DNA of 64,000 bases, from positions 50,778,001 to 50,842,000 of the forward strand of contig NW_025963890.1 of the NCBI RefSeq assembly GCF_023055435.1, given 5' to 3'. Source of the stretch: Haliotis rufescens (taxonomy: Eukaryota). This document shows positions 37,255 to 52,135 of the stretch, piece after piece (position 1 is the stretch's first letter; every line of letters starts with the position of its first letter). The position numbers and the translations under genes are program-made. The notes under the pieces were generated by a model, which worked only from the letters and a program-made list of their open reading frames with translations, made no database searches and had not been told where the DNA came from.

Positions 37255-39179
37255 AGCATATTTTAAAGACACACTACAACGATAATTACGTAAGAAGTAT
37301 CCTTTTACATGAAACCTTTATCTAAAAATGGATTATAAGTGAAATTTACCATGTAGATTGAATGCGACTGCATATTCAAAAGAGCGGGAGCACTTCATGA
37401 TATATAATGCTACAGCAGGCCAAAGAAACGATACACAAACACTTCTAACCAGACTATAGTGTAAATACTGCCAATACTCACACTGTGGTGTGTCACAAGT
37501 GGTCAAAGCTAAATTTTCCCAAATGCGAGAGTGAACGGCATGGTTCGTCTAGCTTACCATTACAAAGGAGAGTTCCGACAGTCAGGGAGTGTACATTGTG
37601 GAACATTGTTACTGTAACTCACCGATATATCACCAAAGTTTCAGCAACTTAGTATAATAAAATCAAATGTACATCTTAAAAAAACTCATATAACACATGT
37701 GAAGCCCATTTCTGGTGTCCCCCGCCGTGATATTCCTGGAATATTGCTAAAGGCGGCGTTAAACCATACTCACTTGCTCACACATGAAAACATTTTTTTT
37801 CCATTTGAGACGTCATCTTGAACTGGACAGTATATGAAGTTTCAAAATCTGTAGACAACAGTGTGTCCTACTCTGTAATTGAACGGGTGTACCTTTCAAC
37901 AACTGGCCACTCGTTTCTAGCACTGCTCTGTTCATTCAGTAAGACATGATCACATCGTTGCACGTAACGCTGATCCTGAAACCACTTTCGTCTTGCCTGT
38001 AGAGTGTGGAGATATTCCTGTCTCCAACGATTCCATAACGTGTTTTCGAGGGATTAAACTCTCTACTATTGTGATCAAAACAAGTCCTTGGGGTTACAAA
38101 CTTCCATTGGTTTAACCTCATGTTTAGTCTTCTGCATCAAGAGAGTAGCAGGGGTAAGAATTTCAGGCGACTGAGGATCCTAGGAGACTGAGATGGTAGG
38201 TTGCACATTCACAATCGCTGATACTACTGCCATGAATGCCACTTCATGGATCAAATCCCTTTGGCGGGTTTCCGCCAACATTGAGTCCAGAATTCTGTGT
38301 GTGACTCCTATAATTCAATCCCAGACACCACCCATGTGTGAGAATTGTGGCGAGAGGGAGGCGAGGTAAGGCTGTTGGTGGTTGGTGTAGGCAATGTCGC
38401 CGTTTGTGAAAAGAAGTGTGCTGAATGACCTTGAGATTAGTTTTTGCGCTGGCTAAAACTTTTTCAGTTGTATGGATATGGATGATTAGCCCGCGATCGT
38501 CGTAGAAGACAGTCCGCACTTGAGATCCTGAATGTAAAATAATTTCTTCATTATGTAGGTGTTGTTTGAGTCATTTGTCATTAAGTTTTGTTTAATAGTA
38601 AGCCAATGACATTTTTGGTATTTATCTGCAATCCCCATTTGGTAGACCATTTTTGGATGATATTTCGAGCAGATTGTATTTTAGTTTGGGCTTACTTTTA
38701 TTGAAAAAGAAGAAGTCCAGAGGGAAATGTTATCTGCAAATTTTGCTGTTGATATTCTTTTATATATTACTGTCTACTGTTTATATTTACTGTCTATACT
38801 TCCCCTCTCGGCAACATTGTCAGATCTCGTCAACTTTCAGTTCACTTATACACTGATGATACTCAACTGTATCTATCATTGAAGCCGTTCAATACATCAT
38901 GAGTGAATTCCGCTTTCACTCAGATGATTGGCTGCATGGAAGACATAAAAGACTGGATGACAACAAACTGTTTAATGTTAAACAGTGATAAAACGGAATT
39001 CCTTGTATTCAGCAACAAACTGTCGAGGAACCAATTCTCACTTCCAGCCCTTGAAATCAGTGGACATGTCATCGAACCCAGTGAGGAGGCATGGAATCTT
39101 GGAGGAGTGTTTGACTCTACTCTGAGTGCTGAGACCCACGTACACAAAGTGTGCCGGAAGGCCTGGGGGTGGAGGCGGG

Positions 39180-39221
<42 letters not shown>

Positions 39222-39995
39222 AATGGGTAGATGTCAGGTAGTGTGTTATGTGATTTAACTGTTATGTTTCTGTCAGGTAAGAAAGGAGTGAATAAAATTT
39301 AGAATGCGCTAATTAATGGCTATATTTTTCAGTTTTTGCACGCGGCCGTTTCGCCAAACCATGTTTAATGCCTTACTAAAATCTATAAATATGGCCAGAG
39401 TGTATTGATTTTTCTTCTAAATGTAAAATGTGGTCTAAAGTTTGTCAATTGGGTGTGAAACCGCCCTGGTCAAGGCCAATTCTTTTAACAAATATACTAT
39501 ATACTGTTAAACAAAAGGTGCAATCATTTTAGGATAATCAGAACTTTCAGAACTTTCAGAACTTTCAGCTCGTAATGCATTTAAACAGATTTTAAAAACA
39601 TACTACAACGATAGTTACGAAAGAAGTATCCTTTTACATGTAACCTTTATCTGAGAATGTTTATAAGGGAATATCTACACTGATTGTGACAGTATATTCA
39701 AAAGAGCGCCTATTCAAAAGAGCGCGAAAACTTATTGTCACTGTACACAACTTGTCTAAGTGCATTCATGATACATTATCCTACAACAGGCCTAGAAAGC
39801 TATACACAATTCTAACCAGACTATAGTGTAAATACTGTAGAGTGTCACAAGTGGTCAAAGTCTAATCTTCCTTATGGCGAGTGCGAATGGCATGGTTCGT
39901 CTTGCTTACCATTACATAACGACAATTTTAACTCATGCACAGGAGATTTCCGGCAGCTAGGGAGCAAACATTCAGGAAAACTGTTATGTTGTTAC
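37255..39995 (+). repeat. Dispersed direct duplication (37255-37620 resembles 39585-39995)
   Basis: Shared actacaacgata...gaagtatccttttacatg...ttctaaccagactatagtgtaaatactg...catggttcgtct. Confidence 0.7.
38800..39170 (+). mobile_element. CR1/L2-group LINE reverse-transcriptase fragment followed by (GT)n (39183-39220)
   Basis: HLYTDDTQLYLS (YADD motif), IKDWMTTNCLMLNSDKTEFL, NLGGVFDSTLS. Confidence 0.85.
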
Positions 39996-40475
39996 AGCAC
40001 AACCGCACTCCCAGTATCATCGAGGATCACAATAAACAAAACATGAATCCAACTTATAACGTTCGTTGGTGTTGGCTCGTCAAGAGGGTGAATTTGTGAA
40101 ATGTTCTGAAATCTGTTCATGCGTATTTACAGCATGAAAACCAGTTTGTCAATCTATCATCACACTTAGGATTAATAAAGGATGTGTTGGCACTCCCACT
40201 ATCGTAGGAGATCACACTGTACAAACAATGTATCCAACTTCTTCAGTCCGAGGAATGGTGGGGACGCCTAATGGTTCAAGTAGTTGCACCTGAAACCGAG
40301 GACCCTGCTTCCCCAACTACTAGTTGTTACTGTCCCCACCGTGATGTGGTTTGATCATTGCAAAAACAAGCGTAAAACCATACGCAATTCCGTGTGCCTG
40401 TAGTATTCACATACAGACTTGTCAATGATAACAAGTAATGGTAGATAATATAGATGATATCACAATTCTTTCCAG

Positions 40476-40524
40476 GCTGTGACTGTCGGTATGGTACAGA
40501 AGGAAAGCTACGTTGACAACAAGG
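40476..40524 (+). pseudogene. act: Actin F pseudogene, exon 2 remnant (16 codons)
   Basis: ctttccag|AVTVGMVQKESYVDNK corresponds to [16 protein letters not shown]; preceded by sequence homologous to other actin intron ends; truncated by TE-derived DNA. Confidence 0.8.
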
Positions 40525-41023
40525 TGACAGGTATCCCCGCCATTATGATGAACAGGGAAGACCGTGAGGGGACTTCGAAGGGTAAGATTCAAATCTTATA
40601 CACCCACAACCTACTGTCTAAAGATACGGCCACGTCAAAGCAGAAGGGAGGGAGGGGGAGGGAAAAGTAAAAACCCTTGCAACCTCGATACAGTTGCTTT
40701 GCATCATTGCGATATTGCTTAGAAATGACCTCCATTTTGTTCTTGCCTTTCCGAGTTCAGATCTAAAAATAATATTTGTTGTTAGTGTTCCTGGTTTGTT
40801 GTGACTATAATGGCGTGGTGGCAACTTAACAAATAGGCAAACAAAGGCTTCTGGACATTGTTTCGTGTTGATTCCCAAATTGAAATTATATGTTATCCCA
40901 GAAATCGGTACATAATAGAACTTTAATAGAACACTAACATCTAAATATAGTAAGTTCCTGACGACTGATCACTATCAAAACACAATGTAATGAGCGTCTA
41001 CCGAATCTCAACAGAAACAATGA

Positions 41024-41294
41024 ACGAGGGCTGGTCCATCAAACAAAACCAACAATTGTGAAAATGTTTAAAATTATATTTTTCAACATAATCTCCCTTT
41101 CAATACACTTCTCATATCGATAGTGAAGCTTTTCACTTCCAGTCAGGAAAAGTTTTTCTGAAGCCACCCTGAAAACCCCATTCATTTGAGCTTTGAGGTC
41201 ATCTTCATCGTCATAGTGTTTTCCACGAAGGTGTTCTTTCAGTTTAGGAAACAGGTGGAAATCACTTGATGCGAGGTCAGGCGATTATGGAGGG
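41024..41294 (-). mobile_element. mariner-family transposase 3' fragment with one terminus
   Basis: Minus translation PP*SPDLASSDFHLFPKLKEHLRGKHY...EKCIE/GDYVEK; acgagggctggtc terminus. Confidence 0.85.
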
Positions 41295-41499
41295 TTAGTT
41301 TTGTGTAAATAATAACAAACAGGATGATTAAAGCCTTATGCCAGCACCAATATCACTAGCATCTTCAGGTAATTTGAAAGATTTTTAAAAGTTTGATGCT
41401 TGGAGAAAAGGAGAATTCATGAGAAAGACTTTAATTTTCTCAAATCAGCCAAACAATTGCTGTCCCCAACAAATTTCACCTTTTTGCCCAGCAAATTAG

Positions 41500-43545
41500 T
41501 GAGAGCCCTACCACATGTGATACATTTTGAACAGTAAACTAATTACCAGCCATACCAGGAAATCTACGTTTTGTTTGGTGGAGCTTGGAATTTTGAAATA
41601 GCTTCTACCTTTTGAAACACCCTCAAGATTGGCTGTAATGTCATTGATGATTCTTGGTATTGGATAAGAGTCAGTTTTAGAAACAGCGCACAACATCTGT
41701 AACTGCCATCAGGCTTTGGCACAAGAATGCAAGGTGAATTTCAGTCACAATGACTTGGTTACATCATGTCATTATCCAGCATATATGGAATCTCCTTGCT
41801 TTAAGCTTGATTGGATTCATCCGGTAGAGATGTTGTGTCACAGGCACAGCGTCAACTACATCTACATCATGACACACCAGATCTGTATGGCAAGGAACAT
41901 CCGTGAATATGTGAGCAAACTCTTGAATGAACTCTTAACACTTGAGCCTTTGGCTAAGATGACAAATGACCTAACTTAGCATCTAAGTGAGCTAAAACTT
42001 CAGAGTTGTTTAGCTCAGGGCCAGCATAGTCAGCAATGCCATGAGTCACATTCTCATCAGTATCACAACCTGATGCAATGTGCACAGGAGAAACAATGGC
42101 AACACACTGAGTAGGTCCATTGTCATTTCTTTCATGATACTTTCTAACCATATTGACATGACAAAGCTGTGTCTTTTTACGATGGTCTGGTGTTTGTACA
42201 ACAAAGTCAGTATCAGTGATTTTTCTGTCAATAACATATGGACCGTGGTACTCAACATAATGGTTGACCAGGGATTGGCAAATCACTAAGACTTTATCGC
42301 CAGGACTGAAATTTCTCTTGAAACGTTTTGTCATAATGTACTTTCATTTTGTCCTGGGACTCCTACACAAGCTTTTGAAAAACTAACCCGAAATGATGAG
42401 ATATACTACAACAAACTCATTTCAGACCTATCATTAAGTCAATGCTGATATTAAGTGTCTAAAGATCTACGAACTGTATGGCCAAAGACAAGTTCAAAAG
42501 GATTAAAATCTAGGGACTCCTGAACTGACTCCCTCACAGCAAACAACAACGAATGAATGCCTTCATCCCCCGCCTTCTCAGTCTCGAAACAGTGAGTCCT
42601 GATCTGACTGTAAAATCCTAGGCAAACCGACCATGGTGAATTGATAATGACCTGAGCTGTAATTTTCCGTAAAGCAAATAGCCTCTGGAAACCTTGTGGG
42701 AGCAAACATGATCGTTGGCTTGTACTGTTTTCCTGACCTAGTTTTAGACAAAGGAACAACACAGACAATGATGACCCTGCTGAAAGGTTCTTCAAAAGCA
42801 CAAATGGGTTTCAAAGGTGCACGCTGGGATTTTCTGATTAGGTTTGCCAACCATTTGGCACCCTTGGCAACTTTTGCAAAATTCAGCAACCTCATGCCGC
42901 AAATTAGGACAAATTTTGTTCACACTCAGATGGCCTGCCAAAGAAGTTTCATGTGCCAGACTCAAAACATGATTTCAAAATGAATTAGGAAGAACAATTC
43001 ATTATCAGCAGCTACATTGGGCGGTCTCCATTTCCTCATCAATACGCTATCCGTGAAATAATAGCAATCTGGAACCTTGTCAGCTTCTTCTAAAGAGAGT
43101 GCCCTGTTGGCAAAGACTTTTACTTCCAGGTCACCCCTCTGTAACTTAACTAACTGCTCCCTGCCCAGAACTGGTTCTTAACAGCCAAACTGTCAGAATG
43201 TACTCTCCCTCGAAAATTAAGACAGGTCAAGGGAATGATCCATAAGAGTGCAAGACAAACAACAGGATCTGCCAGACGCATCCCCGTGCCAAATCATTCC
43301 CAATGGGCAAGATTACACCTTTACCAGGTAGAGGTTCCACAAGCCCCCTTTTGACCAACACAGACACCAAATATGTCTTCAAATTCACAAAATGGAGAGG
43401 CGCTCTAGTACAACCACATAAACCCTCTGACAAAACCTCAGCGTTAGTTGATGACTCCTCAGAAAGTGGCAAAATACCATCCAAAATCAGAGTTTGAAGA
43501 GCACAAGTATCCCCTAAAACGTTAATAGGCTTGACATTGGATCTG
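41500..43545 (-). mobile_element. Degenerate Ty3/gypsy LTR retrotransposon pol with PR-INT-RT order (Gmr1-like)
   Basis: Minus strand: protease LGDTCALQTLIL (~43510), integrase PLKPI..EPFSRVII (~42800), GPY/F YHGPYVI..HVNM (~42240), then RT KTDSYPIPRI (~41670). Confidence 0.8.
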
Positions 43546-45670
43546 TCACCTTAAGCTGTATCGTTTTCATGTTTCAAGAAAATCAGTAAATGCACTGGAT
43601 TTACTGGTTTATTGATCACTTGATTGTCTGGTTTGTTTACTGGTTTCTGTCGCATGGTAAGAGTATTGCTTTGCGACATACTTTTTTATGCAAATCGTGT
43701 GAATGGCAGGTGCTACGATAGGGTAGGTCATGTTTACCCTTCTCGCGAACACCTGGTGTCTTCACTGGTCCATTCATATGTTTCGAAAAGCTATTGTGCC
43801 TTTGCGCTAAATGGAACCTGTTTCAGTGGATAAGTTCGACTGGTTATTCTCTTGTATTGACAATTTATATTTAAATGTTGCCACTATTGCCAAAGACAGT
43901 CTGATTGTTGTTCGCCACTGTCAACAATTAGCTTCCACCAGGGACTGCAATAAGAGAAGTTCTGGAAGATCCATTAACTGCCATCCACATTCAATTTGAC
44001 CACCCTCAATGCTGTAAGTTGAAAATTGTAACACATTGTTACTTGTATGCACTAGACGTGGACAAAGCTATTGAACACATAACTAACAGCTTCCATAATT
44101 GGTCCACAGTCCAAAATGGCTCAGTCTACCAATAAGTTTGCTCTTCGCAGCAGATGTTCTTGAAGTTCATGAACGCGTAACCTCCTTCACTTTTGTTGAG
44201 GATGAATCATACAACCCCTTGCATGGTGCACGACTTCAGTTGTGCATTTAACTCAAACGACTTTCACAGAGGGCCAGTTTATCTCTTCACGTTACTAAAT
44301 TAAATACCAAATACAAATGGTTGGTTGGTCCGGTTTCACGTGGACGATATACTATATTTTATAACACTAAGACTAAAGTTACCCCTTACACTGATATCAA
44401 CTCCTCAACATCTCACTTAAAAAAGCATGTTGCGAGTTGTCAGAACACGGTTTAGAACATAATTGACAGCATATGCTTCTTGCATACCTCTGGCAAGCTA
44501 TTTTTAGCATGTCGTCACCCCAGCGGGACTTTTCTTAACCAATCAGAATGCGCGCCTTAGCTCCTGGTCCAGAACTCTTGTTTCCCTATGATCAATTACC
44601 AACAGCTTTTCCACATTTTAGGTGCATCTAGAGGGAGAATGTGTACTATCATTAAGTTTCTCAGCTTAAAATTACACAAATCAGATCAAATATTTCCTAC
44701 AGGAGAGTGTGTATATTTAAGAATTGACCTTCACTTTGTGTGAGTTCATTGGAGTATGAACCGTCATAGAGTGAGGGCCAAACTGTATGAACGTCGGAGT
44801 TTCCGAAGTTCTTAATGAACATGTGGCGGTTACATGTTTTAGTCATCATTGATCAACTGGCCGATCATTGAAAGGTGAATAAAGATGCGTCAAACAGACA
44901 CTAAGGTAAATTCTTAGATTGCTGGAGACGGTCAATGTCAGCCTTGGCACGAATTGAGTCGTTACTACGATAGTTGAGATGTGCATTTCTTCGATTGTTC
45001 ATTAGGATACGCCGCAGCGAGGATATACGTGAACAATCATGCAGTCACGCTCTCTGACATTTCTCAATGTATACTGAAACGTTGAGACCAAGAATGAAGG
45101 TTCTAAATGATCAGAAAGAACGCTTATGTATGTTTTCGTGCTTGGGAATTCCCAGGGGTTTCCCCAGGAATGTGGAAGTAGTCCGTCAGTGTTTACGTCA
45201 TTTCAAGAACCATGCTGACTGGCTGCCGGCCGCAAGGAACTCTGGATAGGAGAGTGTTCAAGAACAAGATCTCGTGAAAAACGTATGAACGTCAAATTGT
45301 GTCATTCATACACTTATGAACGTCAATTTCGCGGTCACGTGACCGACCTCTCGTCCAATGGAAAAGCCGTGTAAACTTCAAATTAGAAAAAAATATTTCT
45401 ATAAGAATCAGTAGGTCGACATACAAATGCCCTCAATGCTTTTCGAACGTATCATCTAGTAATATTGTATCCATCACTTAATGGTGCCTTACTATGTTGA
45501 TTATGCATACTCTTAGTTCTTTTTTTCATACAATTTGCATTAACTGAGAACATGGACGACATCAAGAATAGACCAATCTATTTTAAAATCCATTTTACTC
45601 AGAAATAGTTGGTCACAAGACAACACTCTTTCCTTCAGGCTGTTCACGACTGTCCACAGAAGTGAAACCC

Positions 45671-45796
45671 CAGTTGGACCGCAACGTTTCTGCGCTGGTT
45701 ATCGACAACGGCTCTGGCATGTGTAAGGCTGGGTTCGCCGGTGACGACGCCCCCAGAGCTGTCTTCCCCTCTATCGTCGGACGCCCCAAACATGAT
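45671..45796 (+). pseudogene. act: Actin G exon 1, start codon lost
   Basis: [42 protein letters not shown]|GTAATT; no ATG at the homologous position; first in-frame Met is M16 at 45719. Confidence 0.8.
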
Positions 45797-46996
45797 GTAA
45801 TTATACTATGATCTGTGAGAAGGTTCGTGGACATTGCCACCACTGTCAAGTGGTGTGGATGTACAGGAAACCACCTTCAATACGGACGGTGGGGTTCGAA
45901 GTGAAATCCGCCGTTGTTATAGATATTCGTATAAACGAAACATTGTTATAGAGATCTATCTTTTCTGTAAATGATATTGTCAAGATTCCTGGACTAAGGG
46001 GATCGGATTAACAAAGGTTCACTTAATAAGATTGTTTCTAGGTATCATAAGCTTCACAGTGCAAATGACACCATCTAAATCTCACCCAGCAGTGTCCGCG
46101 TCAACCTGGGGCCTGAATCAGTCGATGCAGACGAGCACTCACTTGCTAACTTGGAGCAAGGTCAATGAGTGAGTGAGTGGGTTTACTGACCATGTGTTTA
46201 AGGAAATATTGTTAATAATAAAGGCGATAACTACATGTGATACCAAACGAAAAGTAAGCGTGTCCTGCTCTACTGGTTGCACCCGCCACTCACAAAAGTT
46301 TCATTAAAGTCTTGCTGTGTCATGTACAGAGAGTACCAAGTTAAACACAAATGACAACGTAAAGACCTCAAATGGAAAAGGGCTATAGATCTTGGAGTCA
46401 CATTTAAAGAAACCCATGAACCATGGATATATGTGCTGTAGAGATCTATACTTCGCGTTTGATCGTGCGCCAACCCCTTTACAACGAGTGTACTCCAACA
46501 GCAGTATGACAACCGGGGAGGTTGGGCTTCTCAGCGTAATTGTAAACTGATGCTATTCAGGTCATGACGCTCTGATTTCATGAATAGTTTTTTTTAATCC
46601 ATACAAATTAACCTGCACAGCATACAAATGTTTTCTACTAACAATTCCCCTGGTGAAGAGTGGCATATTTGCAGTGACTTTTGTCTTTGTATTGTGAACA
46701 TCACGCCTACAAAAGGCCTTATCACGTCCAAATATGGATATGAAAAGTTCCCCCTATTTTGTGAAAATATTAAAAATTATAGATTCACCCTTGTCATAGG
46801 GCTGTGTTTAAACGAGTTTTCCCAAGGAACTAAAGACGATCTTTATACAGGCTGGGTGGCACTCCCACTATCATCGGGGATCACTATAACCAAAATATGA
46901 ATCCAACTTTTTACGGCGTTGGCGTTGGCGTGTTGTTGTTGTTTTGAACGCAATCACGCAATAGTACAGATATCACGCAATAGTACAGAGTATTAA

Positions 46997-48016
<1,020 letters not shown>

Positions 48017-48195
48017 ATTTAGGGGCTGACATTCCATACGATAGTAACATGTACCAAACACTTTTCATCACTGATAACGCCACTATTAATTATTGTCCTT
48101 ATCCAAAATTAAAGCTACGGAGGACAAACTGTTTTGTTATTGTAATGACAAAGTAAATTGCATCAGGACTCCAGGTAATGTTTTGAGACTTTGAG

Positions 48196-48488
48196 GTGAG
48201 GTGAAATGGGGTTTAACGTCGCGTCCAAGACTATTGCACTTATATAGCGACGTCCATGCACGTGTGTGTGTGAGTGTGTGTGCGTGCGTGCGTGCGTGCT
48301 AACCAACTGAGATACCATGCTGCAGTTTAACATGAATACCCCACTCAGACACAGTATACTGACTACGAGTCGACCAGTCCTTGTTTCAGCCCCTTAATGC
48401 CGAGCGCCAGACAGGGTAACAACAAGTACCATCTTTTGGTATGACGCGGCCGGGGATCAAACCCCGGACCTTCCTCTCTCCGGGTGGA
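48196..48488 (-). mobile_element. S4 SINE
   Basis: 12-bp TSD tgagactttgag; (CACCT)n tail. Confidence 0.85.
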
Positions 48489-48715
48489 TGAGACTTTGAG
48501 TATTTACTCACATGTTGACATTCCCATTTGGTATTGATAGTTTTTGTTGGGTATTTAATATTTTTTTTCTCCCTTTGGTACTACTGTCTGTTATATTTCA
48601 TTCTCTGCGAGACGTTCGGCTTTTGTGTTTTATGCACTGCTGTATAGTTCGTGTAATCTCGATGCCTTAAACGATAAGTAAATAAAAATATGCTACGAAA
48701 TACAGTTACACAAGT

Positions 48716-49347
48716 GAAGAGCTTAGAGCTAAAAGGGGCCAAAATGCACTTTGGTCATAACTTCTATGAATTCATGTCTCTCTGTAGAAAGAATATTGTA
48801 TGTTTTCATTTGTGCGTTTTAGAAATATAGCTACTTAAAATTCTATAAGAGGACCAAAGTCAAGTTCCAAAAGGGCCAAAGTCACTTTGCTGGATTTTGG
48901 TCGTTTAGCTCTCATTTACGAGTGTGGTTGAGACTGGTTGTTTGAGAGAGATTTTGAAAGTTTGCACACCTTATTGTTATGTTTCAACTATTTCAACAAA
49001 TTGGGAATAGTTTATATCATTTAAAAGTACTTCAATAGAAAGTGTTTGTACTTTCAGTAGTAGTTTATCAATCCCACATGTTAAATCCCATGCAAATGCC
49101 TGAGGGTCAAAAAGGGCCGAAATACAGACATTGGCCCTTTCCACCCTTACACAAATTAAAATCGTAAGTTTATTTCCTTTTTTGACTGCTTCTTATAACA
49201 ACATTTATATCTCCGCTGTCAGAATGCGTTAATGTCTTGGAATTTATCAGTAAAAAAATGTCATTAACGTGCATATGGTTATGGGTTCCATCACTTTTCT
49301 CAAAACAGACTCCACATGACATTGGCCCTTATGGCTCTAAGCTCTTC
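48716..49347. mobile_element. Non-autonomous DNA transposon, 4-bp TSD (possibly Sola-like)
   Basis: TIRs gaagagcttagagc...gctctaagctcttc, AAGT duplicated on both sides; internal aaagggccaa repeats. Confidence 0.8.
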
Positions 49348-49583
49348 AAGTTGGAAAAGTTATTATGGCTAAATATGGGTAATTTGTTGAACGGTTTTAT
49401 GCGTATTTGCATGTAAGCAATGCGTAGCTTTATCTGGAGCTCTGATTGCTTTCAATATTGTAAATATGATTACTTTTTCTTTTTACAATTTAGCTGTTTA
49501 TCTTTTCTGAGGTGAGGGCGTTATATATTCTTATCCCTTTTTGACAGCCACGTTGGGGCAAAGTAGGTACTTGCTTATCTAAA

Positions 49584-51071
49584 TAAACTGACGTCCAAAA
49601 GAAACTTTACCAGAGTTTGAAATCATTCTTGCTCAAAAACAACAAAACATACATGCATGAAGTAAAGTGTATTGAGAAGATCAATATATCAACATAATCA
49701 ACACTGAAAATGACAATCATACCGCGACCGAGAATGACGTCAGAGCCCCCCAAAGTTGGGTGTGGTACAAAACTCGAGCTTTCAGAATCATGGACAATAG
49801 GCAGAGTACATAAACAATCGCTCACGTTCAATAACAAGTCATTAGTAGCGTGAGGGACCACCAAATGCCTCAATACACGCAAAAACTCTTCGACGCACAG
49901 AAACAGTCAGTCGTCTGATGAGGTCACCTGGGATTTGACGCCATTTTTCTTTGAGGGCCAAGATCAGTTGTTGCCGGTTGGCTGGAGAGTGTGGTCGTTG
50001 TCGAACACGACGATCCATCAAGTCCCAGAGGTGTTCTATGGGGGACATGTCGGGTGAGCGTGCAGGCCACGACAGGACGTTGACGTTGTTGGCTGCGAGG
50101 AAGTTAGAGACAATTCTGGCTGTATAGGCTCTAGCGTTGTCATGCTGATAAATGACACCATGTGGCTGCTGTTGGAGAGATGGTAGGACAACTGGACGAA
50201 GAATGTTATCCATGTACCGCTGAGCTGTCAAGTTTCCGTCAACGATGACCAGCGGTGTCCTCTCCTGCCCACAGATCCCTCCCCACACCATGACACTCCC
50301 TCCACCATATGGTACGACCTCCTGCACGCAACACGCCGCCGTTCGTTCATCCCTTTGGCGGTAAACACGTTGTCTTCCATCAGCCCTAAACATACAGAAT
50401 CGACTTTCGTCAGTGAAGACAACCCTCTGCCAGTCACGTCGTTGCCAACGTCGTACAGTCCGGGCCCATCTCAATCGCAGACGACGATGTTGCGCTGTCA
50501 ATAGCTGTCCTCTGTATGGTCTAAAAGCCCTGATTCCATGAGCCCTGAGTCTCCTGGCCACTGTCTGTCGACTAACCCTGTGACCTAAGGCATTTGTCGC
50601 CGATGACGTCACTGTCAGGAAGCGATTTCGGAGGTGCAAGGTACGCAAGTACTGGTCATCATGGGGCGTGGTCAGCCTGGGTCTACCTGTTCTTAGCCTG
50701 TCAGCGGTCCGCCCTGACTGTCTGTAACGTTGCATCAAGTTGGTAACGGCAACGCGGGAGCGTTCACGTTGTTCGACTGTGAGTCGTGGCATTTCTTTTG
50801 TGTTTTTTTATCTCTGTGGATGTCTGACTTGCCGTTGCAATCGTTTTAAACCCTTACCCGCAGGTGCATTTGCAGTTGTCCGTGGTGCACGTGTTTTTCA
50901 CTTTTTCGCGTGTTATCTCGCAAACATGTAACAGACGATTAAAATTTTCTGCATGCACTATTGTTGTATTTAGGTTATGTGTTTCAGATAGACTTCATCG
51001 AAAAAAATACTTAATACTTTGTCTGAAATTTATATTTTCAGTTGGTAAAGTTTCTTTTGGAAGTCAGTTTA
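49584..51071 (-). mobile_element. Tc1-family transposon
   Basis: TIRs taaactgacgtccaaaagaaactttacca / tggtaaagtttcttttggaagtcagttta; absent at the paralogous site near 17325. Confidence 0.95.
49842..50792 (-). CDS. Tc1 DD34E transposase, 316 aa, in-frame deletion in N-terminal HTH
   Basis: FTDESRF, HDNARA-34aa-E(PIEHLW); lacks the AIGMLEAG...VARHF segment seen in the other Tc1 copies. Confidence 0.85.
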   Translation of the reverse strand: MPRLTVEQRERSRVAVTNLMQRYRQSGRTADRLRTGRPRLTTPHDDQYLRTLHLRNRFLTVTSSATNALGHRVSRQTVARRLRAHGIRAFRPYRGQLLTAQHRRLRLRWARTVRRWQRRDWQRVVFTDESRFCMFRADGRQRVYRQRDERTAACCVQEVVPYGGGSVMVWGGICGQERTPLVIVDGNLTAQRYMDNILRPVVLPSLQQQPHGVIYQHDNARAYTARIVSNFLAANNVNVLSWPARSPDMSPIEHLWDLMDRRVRQRPHSPANRQQLILALKEKWRQIPGDLIRRLTVSVRRRVFACIEAFGGPSRY

Positions 51072-51273
51072 TAACAACGTTTTCGTTATCTGAAAATATA
51101 AAGTGTTTTGGTTTAATATTCAAAAGGAAACCCCGATGAAATATAGATAATTGATCAACATAGTTGTTTACAACAAAAACATATACAATCAGTTGATTCA
51201 CATGTGAATATAAGGATGTTTTGTCAATGCATTCACATATACAGGAAAGCAAATGGTGATTCATCTGGTACGG

Positions 51274-51579
51274 TGAGGTGAGGTGAGGTGAAATTGGGTT
51301 TAACGTCGCGTCCAAGATTATTGCACTTATATAGCGACGTGCATGTACGTGTGTGTGTTTGTGTGGCTGCTTGTACTAGTCCGGACTGATGCCGATTTAT
51401 AGTGCTAGCCAACTGAGATACCATGCTGCAGTTTAACATGAATACCCCACTCAGACACAGTATACTGACTCCGAGCCGACCAGTCCTTGTTTTAGACCCT
51501 TAATGCCGCCAACAAGTACCATCTTTTAACGTCTTTTGGTATGACGCGGACGCTCTACCACTAGACCACGGAGGCGGTC
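51274..51579 (-). mobile_element. S4 SINE
   Basis: 13-bp TSD tcatctggtacgg; (CACCT)n tail. Confidence 0.88.
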
Positions 51580-51959
51580 TCATCTGGTACGGAGATTATA
51601 TCTCGATTATCGATGCGTTACATCGTTACACTTTTATACACATCGAAAGTAAACATTGTTCGTTACATACCAGTTCAATCAATCCATCTTTTGACGCGAC
51701 ATTTGTTGGCGTCAACTGCAGTAGTCGATTATTGCCGCAACTCCTGTATAAGTTCCCTTTTCCCAGTCGTGGTGATTCATAGTACTGACCCATGTCTTCG
51801 GAATACGGTTTCAAGCAATCAAAGTAACACCGAGTCTGACCACCCGATCCAATGTTGTCGCCTCCTGAGACAAGCAATAAAATGATATGGACCTATTCTC
51901 ATCCGAGCTTCACAGGATTTTAGTCAAATCAAAAGTCTAAGGATATACTCACGAGCATA

Positions 51960-52135
51960 GGGGCGGTCGGGTAGCCTAGTTGTTAAAGCGTTCGCTCGTC
52001 ACGCCGAAGACCCGGGTTCGATTCCCGACATGGGTACAATGTGTGAAGCCCATTTCTGGTGTCCCCCGCCGTGATATTGCTGGAATATTGCTAAAAGCGG
52101 CGTAAAATCAAACTCACTCACTCACTCACTCACTC
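51960..52135 (+). mobile_element. S3 SINE
   Basis: TSD actcacgagcata; A/B boxes; (ACTC)n tail. Confidence 0.9.

Noticed and set aside
40525-40950. LTR of the Gmr1-like element
   Set aside because: No partner LTR, PPT or TSD could be identified with confidence.
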